NCBI GenBank assembly: GCA_029219885.1
Contig: JAQXUH010000054.1
Span: 12,906-76,905, forward strand
Length of the DNA stretch: 64,000 bases
From: Eubacteriales bacterium
GTDB taxonomy: Bacteria; Bacillota; Clostridia; Oscillospirales; Acutalibacteraceae
Reading direction: 5' to 3'
Within the stretch, counting starts at the first letter, position 1. Every line of letters starts with the position of its first letter. This document shows, piece after piece, positions 1 through 10,872 of the stretch. Position numbers and translations under genes: made by a program. A model generated the notes under the pieces. The model was not told the origin of the DNA and did not search any database. It worked only from the letters and a program-made list of their open reading frames with translations.

Positions 1-726
1 AAGAGCAAACATATCAGGCTTAACACGCTTTTTAGTCATTGAGAAAATATAAATAGGAAGTGTCTGGAAACTCGGTCCATTGGTGAAATAGCTGATGATG
101 AAATCGTCAAGAGAAAGAGTAAAGCTCATTACACAGCCTGTAATAATACCGCTGAGAATTTCAGGCATAACAACTTTAAAAAATGCTTTTACAGGCTTAC
201 AGCCCAAATCAAGTGCCGCCTCGTAAACGTGCATATCAAACTGCCTAAGCTTCGGCATAACATTGAGAATTACATAAGGAAGTGCAAATGTAACATGGGC
301 AATAAGCAAAGTCCAAAAGCCTAAAACATCACTTTTATTCACGAGAGTTCCCGCGAAAACAAAAAGGAGCATCATAGCAATACCTGTTACAATTTCAGGA
401 TTCATCATAGGAATATTTGTAACAGTCATCATTGCCCTTTTGTAAAGCTTATTTCTTGAATTAAAAAGTCCTACTGCCGCAAGTATTCCAAGAATGGTTG
501 AAACGGCAGCTGTGCATACCGCAAGGAGTAAAGTATTTTTCAACGCCTGCATTGCGGCAGCATCGGAAAACATCTCCTCATACCAATGAAGAGAAAATCC
601 GCTGAAAATATATGTGCTTGTAGTGTTGTTAAAGGAAAAAAGTGTCATTACGCCAATTGGAAGATAGAGAAAGGCGAAAACAAGAACAACATAAAATTTT
701 GACAAAGGTGACATTTTTGTTTTCAT
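1..726 (-). CDS. potC: Spermidine/putrescine ABC permease PotC (runs off the window start)
   Basis: Not in the ORF track. ATG at 726 overlaps the potB stop; reads [17 protein letters not shown]..., with an EAA-like loop (YEAALDLG) and MPEIV-like text. Confidence 0.85.
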   Translation of the reverse strand, partial: MKTKMSPLSKFYVVLVFAFLYLPIGVMTLFSFNNTTSTYIFSGFSLHWYEEMFSDAAAMQALKNTLLLAVCTAAVSTILGILAAVGLFNSRNKLYKRAMMTVTNIPMMNPEIVTGIAMMLLFVFAGTLVNKSDVLGFWTLLIAHVTFALPYVILNVMPKLRQFDMHVYEAALDLGCKPVKAFFKVVMPEILSGIITGCVMSFTLSLDDFIISYFTNGPSFQTLPIYIFSMTKKRVKPDMFAL

Positions 727-1544
727 ATAACGACACCCCCATCACTATCGTCTGCACCGAAATAATTCATAATGCCGAGACAAATTAAAATCAGTATCAT
801 AAGGACAAATGAAAGAGCTGCACCAAGATTATAGTTATTTGCACTTTGGAACTGCGTTTCAATAACGTCACCGATGAGAACTATCTGTCCGCCGCCGAGC
901 TTTTGGGTAATATAGAATGTTGAAACACAAGGCACAAACACCATAGTAATACCGCTTAAAACTCCCGGCATAGAAAGAGGAATAACAACTCTTTTAAACA
1001 CCTGAAATTTGTTGGAGCCTAAGTCCTGAGCCGCCTCGATAAGAGAATTATCCATTTTGGAAAGCACAGAATAAATAGGTAAAATCATATAAGGCAGGAA
1101 ATTATAAACCATTCCCAATATGACCGCACCGCCTGTATTCATAAGCTTAAGCGGTTCAATACCGAAAAATCCGAGAACAGTATTTATAACACCTGAATCG
1201 CCTAAAATAGTCATCCAGCTATATGTCCTGATAAGGAAATTCATCCACATCGGGAGCATAACGAGAAGCACCATAGTCTGCTGTACACGAAGCTTTGTCC
1301 TTGAAAAAATATAGGCGAACGGATAGCCCAAAACAAGGCAAATGGCAGTGGCAGCAAGGCCATAGAGAACAGATAAAAGAATAGTCGGAATATATGAAGA
1401 AATCTGTGAAACGCTTGTCAGTGAAAAAGCACCTGTCCTGTCGGTAAAAGCATAGTATGCCACCATAAGGAGAGGAGCAATTATGAAAAGGACAGACCAT
1501 ACAAGATATGGTTTATCTAGATACTTTGATGAAGATTTACTCAT
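723..1544 (-). CDS. potB: Spermidine/putrescine ABC permease PotB
   Basis: EAAQDLG loop, [14 protein letters not shown]; start moved to MSKSS, downstream of GGAGGAG. Confidence 0.9.
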   Translation of the reverse strand: MSKSSSKYLDKPYLVWSVLFIIAPLLMVAYYAFTDRTGAFSLTSVSQISSYIPTILLSVLYGLAATAICLVLGYPFAYIFSRTKLRVQQTMVLLVMLPMWMNFLIRTYSWMTILGDSGVINTVLGFFGIEPLKLMNTGGAVILGMVYNFLPYMILPIYSVLSKMDNSLIEAAQDLGSNKFQVFKRVVIPLSMPGVLSGITMVFVPCVSTFYITQKLGGGQIVLIGDVIETQFQSANNYNLGAALSFVLMILILICLGIMNYFGADDSDGGVVI

Positions 1545-2670
1545 TCTCCTCTTCCTCCCAATTGTAAGATGCGTCGGAGATATGGTCCATTTCATCAGAG
1601 AAGTAGGAATAGTCACCGAATTCTCCGCTGTATTCACTTCTGTGCATAACGTGAATAGCGTCAGGCTCAATATACATTCCTATTTCCTCACCCACATTGT
1701 GGTGCTCGGTTGTCTGTATCATCCAAATAAAGCCTGATACGTCAACAAGAATTTCAAAATGCACACCCTTAAATGTTACATTCGTAATTCTGCCGGGAAG
1801 TGATGCTTTACTGCCTTTCTTGACAATTTTGATATCTTCAGGTCTTACAACTACTTCAACGGAAGTATTCTCACCGAAGCCTGAATCAAGGCAGTCAAAG
1901 GAAACTCCGCCGAAAGACACCACGTAGTCCTTAATCATAGTAGCGTCAACAATATTAGATTCACCGATAAAGTCGGCAACAAAAGCGTTTACAGGCTCGT
2001 TATATATATCCTCAGGAGTACCAATCTGCTGTATTTTACCTTTGTCCATTACGACAACAGTATCAGACATAGAGAGAGCTTCCTCCTGGTCGTGAGTAAC
2101 ATAAATGAATGTTATTCCAAGCCTTTTTTGAATTGCTTTAAGCTCTGACTGCATATCCTTACGAAGCTTTAAATCGAGTGCTCCCAAAGGCTCATCAAGG
2201 AGAAGAACGTGAGGATTGTTAGCAAGTGCTCTTGCAATAGCAACTCTCTGCTGCTGACCGCCTGAAAGCTGGTCAATTCTTCTTTTTTCAAAACCTTTAA
2301 GATTAACAAGCTCGAGCATTTGAGCAACAGTTTTTCTAATCTCACTCTTTGGCTTTTTTTGAAGCTTTAAACCGAAAGCAATATTCTCATAAACATTCAA
2401 ATGAGAAAAAAGAGCATAACGCTGAAAAATGGTGTTCACCTTTCTCTTGTGAGGCGGAACATCATTTATCTTCTTACCTTCAAAAATAATCTCGCCCTCG
2501 TCAGGTTCAATAAAGCCTGCAATACATCTGAGGGTAGTGGTTTTGCCACAGCCTGAAGGTCCTAAAAGCGTTATAAACTCTTTTTTGTTTATATAAAGAT
2601 TAAGTTTATCAAGTACAACATTATCACCGTACTTAACAGTAATATCCTTAAGGTCTATTATCTTTTCCAA
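1537..2670 (-). CDS. potA: Spermidine/putrescine ABC ATPase PotA
   Basis: [23 protein letters not shown]-terminal TOBE-like region; TTG start after GAGG. Confidence 0.92.
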   Translation of the reverse strand: MEKIIDLKDITVKYGDNVVLDKLNLYINKKEFITLLGPSGCGKTTTLRCIAGFIEPDEGEIIFEGKKINDVPPHKRKVNTIFQRYALFSHLNVYENIAFGLKLQKKPKSEIRKTVAQMLELVNLKGFEKRRIDQLSGGQQQRVAIARALANNPHVLLLDEPLGALDLKLRKDMQSELKAIQKRLGITFIYVTHDQEEALSMSDTVVVMDKGKIQQIGTPEDIYNEPVNAFVADFIGESNIVDATMIKDYVVSFGGVSFDCLDSGFGENTSVEVVVRPEDIKIVKKGSKASLPGRITNVTFKGVHFEILVDVSGFIWMIQTTEHHNVGEEIGMYIEPDAIHVMHRSEYSGEFGDYSYFSDEMDHISDASYNWEEEENE

Positions 2671-2742
2671 TATGCACATCCTCATTTATAAAACCCGATT
2701 TAGCAATATGCAACATAGCGGTAAGCATAATGCCATAGGATA

Positions 2743-2771
2743 AATATATATAAAATCCGACAAAAAGTCAA
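2743..2771 (-). promoter_or_regulatory. sigma-A-type promoter of the pot operon
   Basis: TTGACT-17-TATATT on the minus strand. Confidence 0.55.
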
Positions 2772-2789
2772 TATAAAAAACTTTATTAT

Positions 2790-3353
2790 TTAATATATTT
2801 TTTTATTTATTTCAATGCCGTTGTACGCTGACTCGATTGTATTCTCCACCTGTGAAAAGTCGCAAACCATTGATTTAGGCTTCATCTGACAGTTATCCAT
2901 ACCAAAAGGCACGAAGTAGTAATTTTTATAGTTTAAGAGCATACCGATATTCTTTGCGGCAGCACCTAATGCGTCATTTGTTGATACACCGATTACAACA
3001 GGTCTGTTATTTCTCAAATGGCTTTTCGCCGCCATTGTAACAGAGGTGTCAGTTACTCCGTTTGAAAGCTTGGCAAGTGTGTTTCCCGTGCAGGGAACTA
3101 TGGCAAGAACATCAAACATTTTCTTCGGTCCGATAGGCTCTGCCTGTTCAATAGTATGAATTATACTGTTTCCCGTAACCTCAATAAGCTTGTTTTGAAT
3201 ATCAACAGCATTACCGAAGCGTGTATCAATAGTATATGCGTTTTCACTCATAATCGGTGTAACATTGTGTCCGTGAAGTACAAGTGTTTTTAACGTATTA
3301 ATAGATTTTTCAAAGGTGCAGAAAGAGCCTGTTAAGCAGTAGCCTATGTTCAA
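2790..3353 (-). CDS. spoVFB: Dipicolinate synthase subunit B
   Basis: GYCLTGSFCT, AEPIGPKK, PCTGNTLAK, MAAKSHLRN, STNDAL motifs. Confidence 0.92.
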   Translation of the reverse strand: MNIGYCLTGSFCTFEKSINTLKTLVLHGHNVTPIMSENAYTIDTRFGNAVDIQNKLIEVTGNSIIHTIEQAEPIGPKKMFDVLAIVPCTGNTLAKLSNGVTDTSVTMAAKSHLRNNRPVVIGVSTNDALGAAAKNIGMLLNYKNYYFVPFGMDNCQMKPKSMVCDFSQVENTIESAYNGIEINKKIY

Positions 3354-4075
3354 TTGAACTCCTCCTTTATTATGTTCAAAACTGTTTCTCCGATAAGATA
3401 TCCTGCTGATTTTACGGAATATTTTGAGGGAAGTCCCCTGCCGTCAATCAGCTTAATGTTTCTGTTTTTAGCATAGTGGCTGTCTATTCCTCCCGGAAAT
3501 GACGCCAAATCAATAAAAAGTGTGTCAGTATCGAGAGAATCGATTTCTTTATTGCCGAAAACTACTTTAGGTACAGTATTAAAAATCACATCATAATATT
3601 TTCTGTCTGCAAGATTGTTAAAATCTATACAATTGGCACCTGATGACTTTGCCTCAATTTTGCTTATATCACTTCTTGAGCACACTGTTACATTACTTGC
3701 AAAAGCGTTAAGTGATTTATGAAGTGCCTTTGCAATTCTACCGTAGCCTACTATCAAAACATCGGCATTATATAGTGCGGTATCGCTGTTTTCTTTAAAT
3801 AAAGCAACAGCACCCTCAGCCGTCAAATAAGCATTTTTTTGCTTAAAGGGCTCGTATTTGTTATAGTCTATGCCCTTATAATCTCCGCCGCCATAAAAGA
3901 CAAGATTATTTTCAAGGTCTTTGAACATATATTTTTTAGCGGGAACAGGCAGCAATACAAAATCACAGGAGCCTTTATCAACTGTTTCGCTCAAGCCGTT
4001 TTTTGAAAGAAATTTCGATGCATATATCATTCTTTTGTCATCCTTATATGGAACATAAAATTTTCTCATTTTCAT
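3350..4075 (-). CDS. spoVFA: Dipicolinate synthase subunit A (short N-terminus)
   Basis: NAYLTAEGA, GYGRIA, FNTVP, DLASFPGG, GLPSKY; coupled to spoVFB. Confidence 0.82.
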   Translation of the reverse strand: MKMRKFYVPYKDDKRMIYASKFLSKNGLSETVDKGSCDFVLLPVPAKKYMFKDLENNLVFYGGGDYKGIDYNKYEPFKQKNAYLTAEGAVALFKENSDTALYNADVLIVGYGRIAKALHKSLNAFASNVTVCSRSDISKIEAKSSGANCIDFNNLADRKYYDVIFNTVPKVVFGNKEIDSLDTDTLFIDLASFPGGIDSHYAKNRNIKLIDGRGLPSKYSVKSAGYLIGETVLNIIKEEFN

Positions 4076-4102
4076 AAAAAGCACTCCAAAATGTCTTTCT
4101 AC

Positions 4103-4129
4103 ATACTATGAATGAAAAAAATATTAGTT
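4103..4129 (-). promoter_or_regulatory. Candidate sigma-K sporulation promoter
   Basis: AAC-16 nt-CATAGTAT upstream of spoVFA, matching AC-16-CATAnnnT. Confidence 0.5.
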
Positions 4130-4215
4130 AATGAATATAGGGTATTTATTTTTTTGATGAAAGGTTGTATAATATTAGTAATTGCGAATAACTAAACACA
4201 GAGGTAATTTTGTTT

Positions 4216-5598
4216 ATGAATAAAAGTGAAACTATTGACGATATACTCAAGAGAGTTAAAAGAATACATTTTATCGGCATCGGTGGTTCAGGTATGTGCC
4301 CTCTTGCAGAAATTCTCATTTCTTTAGGCTATAAGCTTTCAGGCTCGGATAATAATGATACAGAAACTTTCAGGAGGATTGAAAAGGAAGGTGCCAAAGT
4401 ACATCTCGGTCAGGTTAAAGAAAATCTCACCGACGATATTGAGCTTGTAATTTATACTAATGCTATTCTTGCAGGAAACGAGGAGCTTGAATATGCAAAG
4501 GAGCATTTCCCTTGTTTTGAAAGAGCAGAGCTTTTAGGTGCAATGAGCAGAATTTTCACTAACTGCATCGGCGTCTGCGGTACTCACGGAAAGACAACCA
4601 CTTCTTCAATGATTACGCAGATACTTTTAGAAGCAGGTCTTGACCCAAGTGCTGTAATCGGCGGTAAGCTTCCTATAATTGACGCATACGGCAGATATGG
4701 TCACAGTCAGAATTTCGTGTGTGAAAGCTGTGAGTTTAATAACACTTTTCTCCATATGAATCCTGATATTGCTGTTATACTCAATATTGATGAGGACCAT
4801 TTAGATTTCTTCAAAAATCTTGATAATATCAAAAAATCATTCAGAGAGTTTGCTGAGAAAACCACAAAGACTATTATTTACAACGGCGATGATAAAAACA
4901 CAGTTGACACCCTCAAAGGCATTACAGGAAAAAAACTGATTTCTATCGGAAAAAATGACGGCAACGAGTGGACTGCAAAAAACATTGATGTTCCCGGCGG
5001 TTTCCATTCATCATATGACGTATATCACAACGGCAAATTTATAACTAAAGTTGAAATTTCAGTACCGGGTGAGCATAACATTCTCAACTCTCTTTGTGCT
5101 TTTGTTGCGGCTTATGAAAGCGGAGCTGATGTAGAAAGCATATGCAGAGGACTTAAGGCTTTCGGCGGTGCAGGCAGACGCTTTGAGCTTTTAGGAACAT
5201 ATAAAGGCATCACCTTTGCAGACGACTACGCACATCATCCTACTGAACTCAAAGTAACTCTTGAGGCCGCAATGAAAATGGGTTATAAAAGAGTTTGGGC
5301 AGTTCATCAACCTTTCACCTATTCCCGTACTTCACTTCTCCTTGACGATTTTGCAGAGGTTTTGCAGATTCCTGACAAGTGCGTTATCTCTGCTATTATG
5401 GGCAGCCGTGAAATAAACACTATTGGCATTACCGCTAAAGATTTGGCAGACAAGGTACCTGGCAGTATTCAGCTTGATACTTTCGATGAGATTTGTGACT
5501 ATGTACTCGCCAATGCTCAAGAGGGCGATTTAGTAATCACTCTTGGTTGCGGTGATATTTACAAAGCTGCAAGAATGATGGTAAATAAACTTAAATAA
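4216..5598 (+). CDS. murC: UDP-N-acetylmuramate--L-alanine ligase
   Basis: IHFIGIGGSGM, GTHGKTTT, DDYAHHPTE. Confidence 0.95.
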   Translation: MNKSETIDDILKRVKRIHFIGIGGSGMCPLAEILISLGYKLSGSDNNDTETFRRIEKEGAKVHLGQVKENLTDDIELVIYTNAILAGNEELEYAKEHFPCFERAELLGAMSRIFTNCIGVCGTHGKTTTSSMITQILLEAGLDPSAVIGGKLPIIDAYGRYGHSQNFVCESCEFNNTFLHMNPDIAVILNIDEDHLDFFKNLDNIKKSFREFAEKTTKTIIYNGDDKNTVDTLKGITGKKLISIGKNDGNEWTAKNIDVPGGFHSSYDVYHNGKFITKVEISVPGEHNILNSLCAFVAAYESGADVESICRGLKAFGGAGRRFELLGTYKGITFADDYAHHPTELKVTLEAAMKMGYKRVWAVHQPFTYSRTSLLLDDFAEVLQIPDKCVISAIMGSREINTIGITAKDLADKVPGSIQLDTFDEICDYVLANAQEGDLVITLGCGDIYKAARMMVNKLK

Positions 5599-5609
5599 AA
5601 AGCAAACAA

Positions 5610-5650
5610 AAAGACCTCCCTTAACAGATTAGTCTGCGTAGGGAGGTTTT
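5610..5650. terminator. Bidirectional intrinsic terminator
   Basis: AAGACCTCCCT...AGGGAGGTTTT stem between convergent genes. Confidence 0.75.
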
Positions 5651-5666
5651 AATTTTTAGTAAAATA

Positions 5667-6716
5667 TTATGACCACTTAAGAGCCTTGATTGAGAAACCG
5701 AGCTTTGTTTCAAGTCTATTCTTCTGAATTATTGCAACAACACTATCAACGCCTTTTACATTGGAAACCGTGCCGGTTATTTTATAGAAATTGTTGTTGC
5801 CTAAATCTTCAATCTTAGTAATAGTTACATCCTGTTGCTTTTCAGGGAAAGAATTAATTTTAAAGCAGTCTTTGTCGCTCAAATACTTAATCGGAGTACC
5901 TTTTACGCTGTTGCACTGAGTTTTAAAGTTTACAACAGTATTTCCGTAATACTTAAACAGATTAAGAATTATCTGATTTGAATTGTACTTGGTGTCATCA
6001 CCTGTTGCAGATGCTCCGTCAATATTCTGAGCCATCCACACTGCTGTATAAACAGCGGTATCAATAGGAATAGGGTCACTGTTTTCGTAATCTTCTTTGT
6101 AAAGATACGGAACTTCGAGCATATTTGCAATTATTTCCATATCTTTTTCATCAAAATTAACTTCTTTGCCGGTTGCGTCTGTCTTCGGAACAACTTCCTT
6201 ACCGTCAAATTCTGTTGTATACTGGTCTTTTGTAAGCTCTACGCCTTTCTTTGTTGTAGCGGTCGGCTTCTCAGTAACAGTCGGCTTTGTTGCAGAAGTG
6301 GTTGAAGTGGTTTCTCTGCTATTGCTATTGTTGTTTGACTTAGCGGTTGTAGTCGTATCTTTGTTGCTTGCTTTAGTCGTAGTCTTTGACTTAACAGTTA
6401 CAGCATTACCTTTTTTATCGGTAACGCCTTCACCATCAGCATCAAGCTTCTGAGCGTATGTATTACCCTTACTGTCTTTCTTATAAATAACTGCAACATC
6501 GGTAGTTACCTTATTTCCGTCGCTGTCCGTAACTGCTTTTCCGTTTTCATCGGTAACATCTTCTGTCTCAAATCCGAATTCGCTATCATAATCTTCAAGA
6601 TTAACTTCGGTGTCAGATGAGTTATCAGCGTCGCCGTTATCCTTAGATGCACAGGCGGCAAAAACAAATGAAATCAAAAGCATTATTGATAAAATCAAAA
6701 TTAAACTTTTTTTCAA
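5667..6716 (-). CDS. Lipoprotein of unknown function with VTDxxG repeats and Thr/Lys-rich linker
   Basis: TTG start after GAGGTGA, signal peptide ending in lipobox FAAC. Confidence 0.75.
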   Translation of the reverse strand: MKKSLILILSIMLLISFVFAACASKDNGDADNSSDTEVNLEDYDSEFGFETEDVTDENGKAVTDSDGNKVTTDVAVIYKKDSKGNTYAQKLDADGEGVTDKKGNAVTVKSKTTTKASNKDTTTTAKSNNNSNSRETTSTTSATKPTVTEKPTATTKKGVELTKDQYTTEFDGKEVVPKTDATGKEVNFDEKDMEIIANMLEVPYLYKEDYENSDPIPIDTAVYTAVWMAQNIDGASATGDDTKYNSNQIILNLFKYYGNTVVNFKTQCNSVKGTPIKYLSDKDCFKINSFPEKQQDVTITKIEDLGNNNFYKITGTVSNVKGVDSVVAIIQKNRLETKLGFSIKALKWS

Positions 6717-6884
6717 TTTAATCACCTCATAAATCATAAATCGTTAAGTAAAATTATATATTTTAAAATTAAAAAAGTAAATAGCAATCAAAAAATATGA
6801 ACAAATATTTAACGCATTGTTCACAATATTTACACATTTTATAAACTATAATATCTACAAAATTATTTAGCACGGAGGACGCTT

Positions 6885-7430
6885 TTGAAAAACAATTCTC
6901 ATAAGAATGCATCAATTCTTGCTGTATGCTCAATTTCAACGGCACTTTCTGTTGTTCTTCTCTTTTTAGGCGGCATAACCTTTGTTCTTGCATATGCAAT
7001 GCCGATGCTTGTAGGACTGTTGATGATTATGCTTAAAACGACATTCGGTACAAAAAGTGCGTGGATAACATATACTGCTGTAGCACTTCTTTCCTTTATG
7101 CTGGTAACAGACAAGGAGTGTATGCTTATGTACGTAATGCTATTTGGCTGTTATCCGATGATACGAGACGCAATCGAAAGGCTGAAAAACAAACCTATAA
7201 AAATACTGCTTAAGTTTCTGTTTTTTAACATTATGCTGACATTATGTCAGCTTGCACTTGTATATATTTTCGGCATACCGTTTTTAAGCGAAGGAGAAGG
7301 AAAATATTTTATTATCGTATTTGCGGTTTTGATGAATTTCCTGTTCATTATCTACGATAAGATGATAGATGCAGTTACAAAGCTATATAAAATAAAAATC
7401 GAAAAAAGAATAAAGAAATTGTTCAAATAA
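6885..7430 (+). CDS. Conserved hypothetical multi-pass membrane protein
   Basis: GGAGG SD before TTG, about 5 hydrophobic segments, FGCYP motif. Confidence 0.7.
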   Translation: MKNNSHKNASILAVCSISTALSVVLLFLGGITFVLAYAMPMLVGLLMIMLKTTFGTKSAWITYTAVALLSFMLVTDKECMLMYVMLFGCYPMIRDAIERLKNKPIKILLKFLFFNIMLTLCQLALVYIFGIPFLSEGEGKYFIIVFAVLMNFLFIIYDKMIDAVTKLYKIKIEKRIKKLFK

Positions 7431-7478
7431 AAATATCCCCTATCCGCCTGATATCAGGTTGAGATAAGGGATTTTTTA
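7431..7478. terminator. Bidirectional intrinsic terminator
   Basis: ATCCCCTATC..CCTG/CAGG..GATAAGGGAT followed by a T run. Confidence 0.65.
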
Positions 7479-7487
7479 TTACGTTTA

Positions 7488-7937
7488 TTAATAGAGCTTT
7501 TCGCCGTTTTCAATAGCGGTAATCTGGTCAATTCTTGTCTGATGTCTTCCGCCTTCAAATTCAGTATTAAGGAATACGTCAGCCATTTCAATTGCAAGAC
7601 CTGCACCAACAACTCTTGCACCCATACAAAGAACGTTAGCATCATTATGAGCTCTTGTGTATTTTGCACTGAAATAATCTGAACAGCAACAAGCACGAAT
7701 GCCCTTAACCTTATTTGCAGCCATAGAGATTCCGACGCCTGTACCGCAGCAGAGAATTGCTTTGTCACATTCTCCTGAAACTACCTTATCGCAAGCCTTT
7801 TGAGCACTTATTGCGTAATCATATCTTTCAGGTGTATAGCATCCGACATCAATATAATCAATGCCTTTTTCTTCCAAATATGCCTTAATTTCTTCCTTAA
7901 GCGGAAAACCTGCGTGGTCTGAACCGATTGCTATCAT
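7488..7937 (-). CDS. rpiB: Ribose-5-phosphate isomerase B
   Basis: GSDHAG, CGTGVG, HNDANVL, FEGGRH. Confidence 0.95.
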   Translation of the reverse strand: MIAIGSDHAGFPLKEEIKAYLEEKGIDYIDVGCYTPERYDYAISAQKACDKVVSGECDKAILCCGTGVGISMAANKVKGIRACCCSDYFSAKYTRAHNDANVLCMGARVVGAGLAIEMADVFLNTEFEGGRHQTRIDQITAIENGEKLY

Positions 7938-8611
7938 TATTTTTTCTCCTTTTTTAACTTTAATTCTCTTTCTGCCTGACTGAGCCTTAAGTAAATCGGC
8001 ATCAGCTGAGAGGCAGAAATCTTTTCTTTATTTTCAGCAGCCATTGATACTCCGATACCGTTTTGATATCTTTTCTCCTCGTCTGCAAGAATAACATTAT
8101 CAAGTCCGATATTATTGAAACACAGCTCTGCTCCGTCACCTGCAACAATCACATTATTGTAAGCGGACAAATCTTTCTTTAATTCTTCTATGGAGATTGC
8201 TCTGTCTGGGCAAAGGCGAGTAACCTTGTTGTTTTTTATTTCAAAAAGTGCATTGTAAAACTGCATTCTTCTTGCGTCCATAACAGCACAAACTATGCAG
8301 TCCGTATCAATGAAATTATAAGCTATTGCCTCAAGTGTAGAAACGCTGACGCACGGAATATCATTTTCAAAAGCAAGACCTTTAACTGTTGCAACGCCTA
8401 TTCTGACACCTGTAAACGAGCCTGGACCTGCAGTAATGGCAATTGCCTCCAAATCGGACACGTTATATCCATCCATAATCCGTTTAATCATCGGCAAAAG
8501 CGTTTCGCTGTGAGTAAGCCCTGCATTGATTAATTCACTTTTTAATACCTTTTCTCCGTCAGTTAAGGCAACAGATGCAGTAACCGCCGAAGAATCAATA
8601 GACAAAATCAT
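7937..8611 (-). CDS. tsaB: t6A biosynthesis protein TsaB
   Basis: IDSS, HSETL, GPGSFTGVRIG, DARR, PIYLRLSQAER. Confidence 0.95.
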   Translation of the reverse strand: MILSIDSSAVTASVALTDGEKVLKSELINAGLTHSETLLPMIKRIMDGYNVSDLEAIAITAGPGSFTGVRIGVATVKGLAFENDIPCVSVSTLEAIAYNFIDTDCIVCAVMDARRMQFYNALFEIKNNKVTRLCPDRAISIEELKKDLSAYNNVIVAGDGAELCFNNIGLDNVILADEEKRYQNGIGVSMAAENKEKISASQLMPIYLRLSQAERELKLKKEKK

Positions 8612-9042
8612 TCTTCTTCCTCTGATTTTCTATACATTTTAAATCGTCTTGAATTTTCGCCCATGCGTTCAATTTCAATTATCAAAGCATCATCAGGCAA
8701 CGCTCCGTAAATATTCTCGCTCCACTCGGCAGCGATATATCCGTCAGTTTCAAGGAAATCGAAAAAGCCTGTTGAATACAAATCGTCCCAACCATCAACT
8801 CTGTACATATCGAAATGGTAAAGCGTATTTTCTTTGCCGATATAGGTATTGCAAATTGCAAAGGTCGGTGAAGAAACAGCACAGTCAATTCCAAGGCCTT
8901 TGGCAAAACCTGTTACAAACGCCGTCTTGCCCATACCGAGACCGCCTAAAAACGCAACAACACTTCCCTTTTCAAGAGCTTTGGCTGTTTTTTCGCCTAA
9001 AGCAACAGTTTCCTCGTAGCTTTCAGTTATAAATTCTCTCAT
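8608..9042 (-). CDS. tsaE: t6A biosynthesis ATPase TsaE
   Basis: GGLGMGKT, VSSPTF, HFDMYR, EWSE. Confidence 0.95.
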   Translation of the reverse strand: MREFITESYEETVALGEKTAKALEKGSVVAFLGGLGMGKTAFVTGFAKGLGIDCAVSSPTFAICNTYIGKENTLYHFDMYRVDGWDDLYSTGFFDFLETDGYIAAEWSENIYGALPDDALIIEIERMGENSRRFKMYRKSEEEE

Positions 9043-10709
9043 CAGAAAAGACCTACTGTGTTTCCGTTTTCGTCAATATCAATCTTATATGCCGCAGGAG
9101 ATTTTGAAAGTCCCGGCATAGTCATAATTGAGCCTGTCTGACAAACAACAAAGCCTGCACCATTTGAAAGGTTTGCGGATGAAATAGTAATTCTAAAGTT
9201 ATTCGGTCTGCCGAGTGCCTTAGGATTATCGGAAAGACTGTACTGTGTTTTTGCCATACATACAGGCATACTGTCAGCACCGAGCTTGATAAATTCATCA
9301 AGGCTCTTCTTAGCTTCCTTAGTGTAATCTACGCCGTCAGCACCATAAATTTCTTTTGCGATAGTTTCAATTTTATCATAAAGAGGCATATCGATATCGT
9401 AAAGATAATGGAAATTGTTTTCCTCTTCGCAGGCGGAAACTACCTTTTCTGCAAGCTCAACAGAGCCTTCACCACCCTCGGCAAAGCACTTTGTAACTGC
9501 AAATTCAGCACCCTTTTCCTTACAAAGCTTTTCAATAAATTCAATTTCCTTATCAGTATCAGCATAAAAATGATTAATTGCAACGACAACAGGAACGCCG
9601 AACTTTTTAAGATTATCAATATGAGCACAAAGATTAACGCTGCCTTTTTCAAGTGCCTCCATATTCTCCTGAGTAAGTTCTGCTTTGTCGACACCGCCGT
9701 TATATTTCATTGAACGAACAGTTGATACAAGAACAACACAGGACGGCTTTAAACCGGCAAAACGGCACTTGATATCCATAAACTTTTCTGCACCTAAATC
9801 AGAACCGAAGCCAGCTTCAGTAATACAGTAATCGCCAAGCTTCAATGCAGTTTTAGTTGCTTTAACAGAATTACAACCGTGAGCAATATTAGCAAAAGGA
9901 CCGCCGTGCATAATTACAGGAGTATTTTCAAGAGTTTGAACAAGATTAGGCTTAATTGCATCTTTTAAAAGAACGGTCATTGCACCATTTGCCTTGATAT
10001 CCTTACAGTAAACTGGCTCCCCTGAATAGGTATAAGCTACAAGAATATTGCCGAGACGCTTTTTAAGGTCAAATATATCATTAGCAAGGCAAAGGATTGC
10101 CATAACCTCAGAGGCAACTGTAATTACGAAATGGTCCTCTCTCGGAACTCCATTGAGAGTACCACCCAAAGAATTTATAATATTTCTGAGTGCTCTGTCA
10201 TTCATATCAAGGCAACGCTTAACCTGCACCTTTCTCGGGTCAATATTAAGCTCGTTACCCTGCTGAATATGATTATCAAGCATAGCACACATAAGATTGT
10301 TTGCACTTGTAATTGCGTGCATATCACCTGTAAAGTGAAGATTTATATCCTCCATAGGAACAACCTGAGAATATCCGCCGCCTGCGGCACCGCCCTTAAT
10401 TCCGAAAACAGGACCCAGTGACGGCTCTCTCAAAGCGATAACAGCTTTTTTACCAATCTTTGCCATAGCCTGTCCAAGACCGATTGTAACCGTAGTCTTG
10501 CCCTCACCGGCAGGAGTAGGATTTACAGCTGTAACAAGTACAAGCTTTCCATCCTTTTCGTTCTCAAGTCTTTTTAAAACAGAATCGGATATTTTAGCCT
10601 TATAATGACCATAAGGCTCAAGCTCATCCTCGGTAATACCTATAGACGCAGCAACCTCTGTAATCTTTTTCATTTTCGCATTTTGAGCAATTTCAATATC
10701 TGATAACAT
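9042..10709 (-). CDS. fhs: Formate--tetrahydrofolate ligase
   Basis: MLSDIEIAQ start after AGGAG; [31 protein letters not shown]. Confidence 0.97.
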   Translation of the reverse strand: MLSDIEIAQNAKMKKITEVAASIGITEDELEPYGHYKAKISDSVLKRLENEKDGKLVLVTAVNPTPAGEGKTTVTIGLGQAMAKIGKKAVIALREPSLGPVFGIKGGAAGGGYSQVVPMEDINLHFTGDMHAITSANNLMCAMLDNHIQQGNELNIDPRKVQVKRCLDMNDRALRNIINSLGGTLNGVPREDHFVITVASEVMAILCLANDIFDLKKRLGNILVAYTYSGEPVYCKDIKANGAMTVLLKDAIKPNLVQTLENTPVIMHGGPFANIAHGCNSVKATKTALKLGDYCITEAGFGSDLGAEKFMDIKCRFAGLKPSCVVLVSTVRSMKYNGGVDKAELTQENMEALEKGSVNLCAHIDNLKKFGVPVVVAINHFYADTDKEIEFIEKLCKEKGAEFAVTKCFAEGGEGSVELAEKVVSACEEENNFHYLYDIDMPLYDKIETIAKEIYGADGVDYTKEAKKSLDEFIKLGADSMPVCMAKTQYSLSDNPKALGRPNNFRITISSANLSNGAGFVVCQTGSIMTMPGLSKSPAAYKIDIDENGNTVGLF

Positions 10710-10814
10710 ATCAATACTCCTATTCATATAAACTCTTAATGAATATAGTATAACATATATGAAAAAATATTCCAACAGTAATTTTTACATAATATACATA
10801 ATTTTAATATTGAC

Positions 10815-10843
10815 TTGAAATGAGCGATGTATTTTAATATAAT
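10815..10843 (+). promoter_or_regulatory. sigma-A-type promoter of the SEDS gene
   Basis: TTGAAA-17-TATAAT. Confidence 0.6.
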
Positions 10844-10872
10844 ATAGTGAAGAAAATGAAAGGAGGTTTACT

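Noticed and set aside
6798-6823. TGAACAA...TTGTTCA inverted repeat as a LexA or Rex operator
   Set aside because: Spacing and sequence fit neither consensus; 7-bp arms in AT-rich DNA can occur by chance
10710-10872. THF or ZMP riboswitch upstream of fhs
   Set aside because: Short AT-rich divergent promoter region with no stems or conserved motifs
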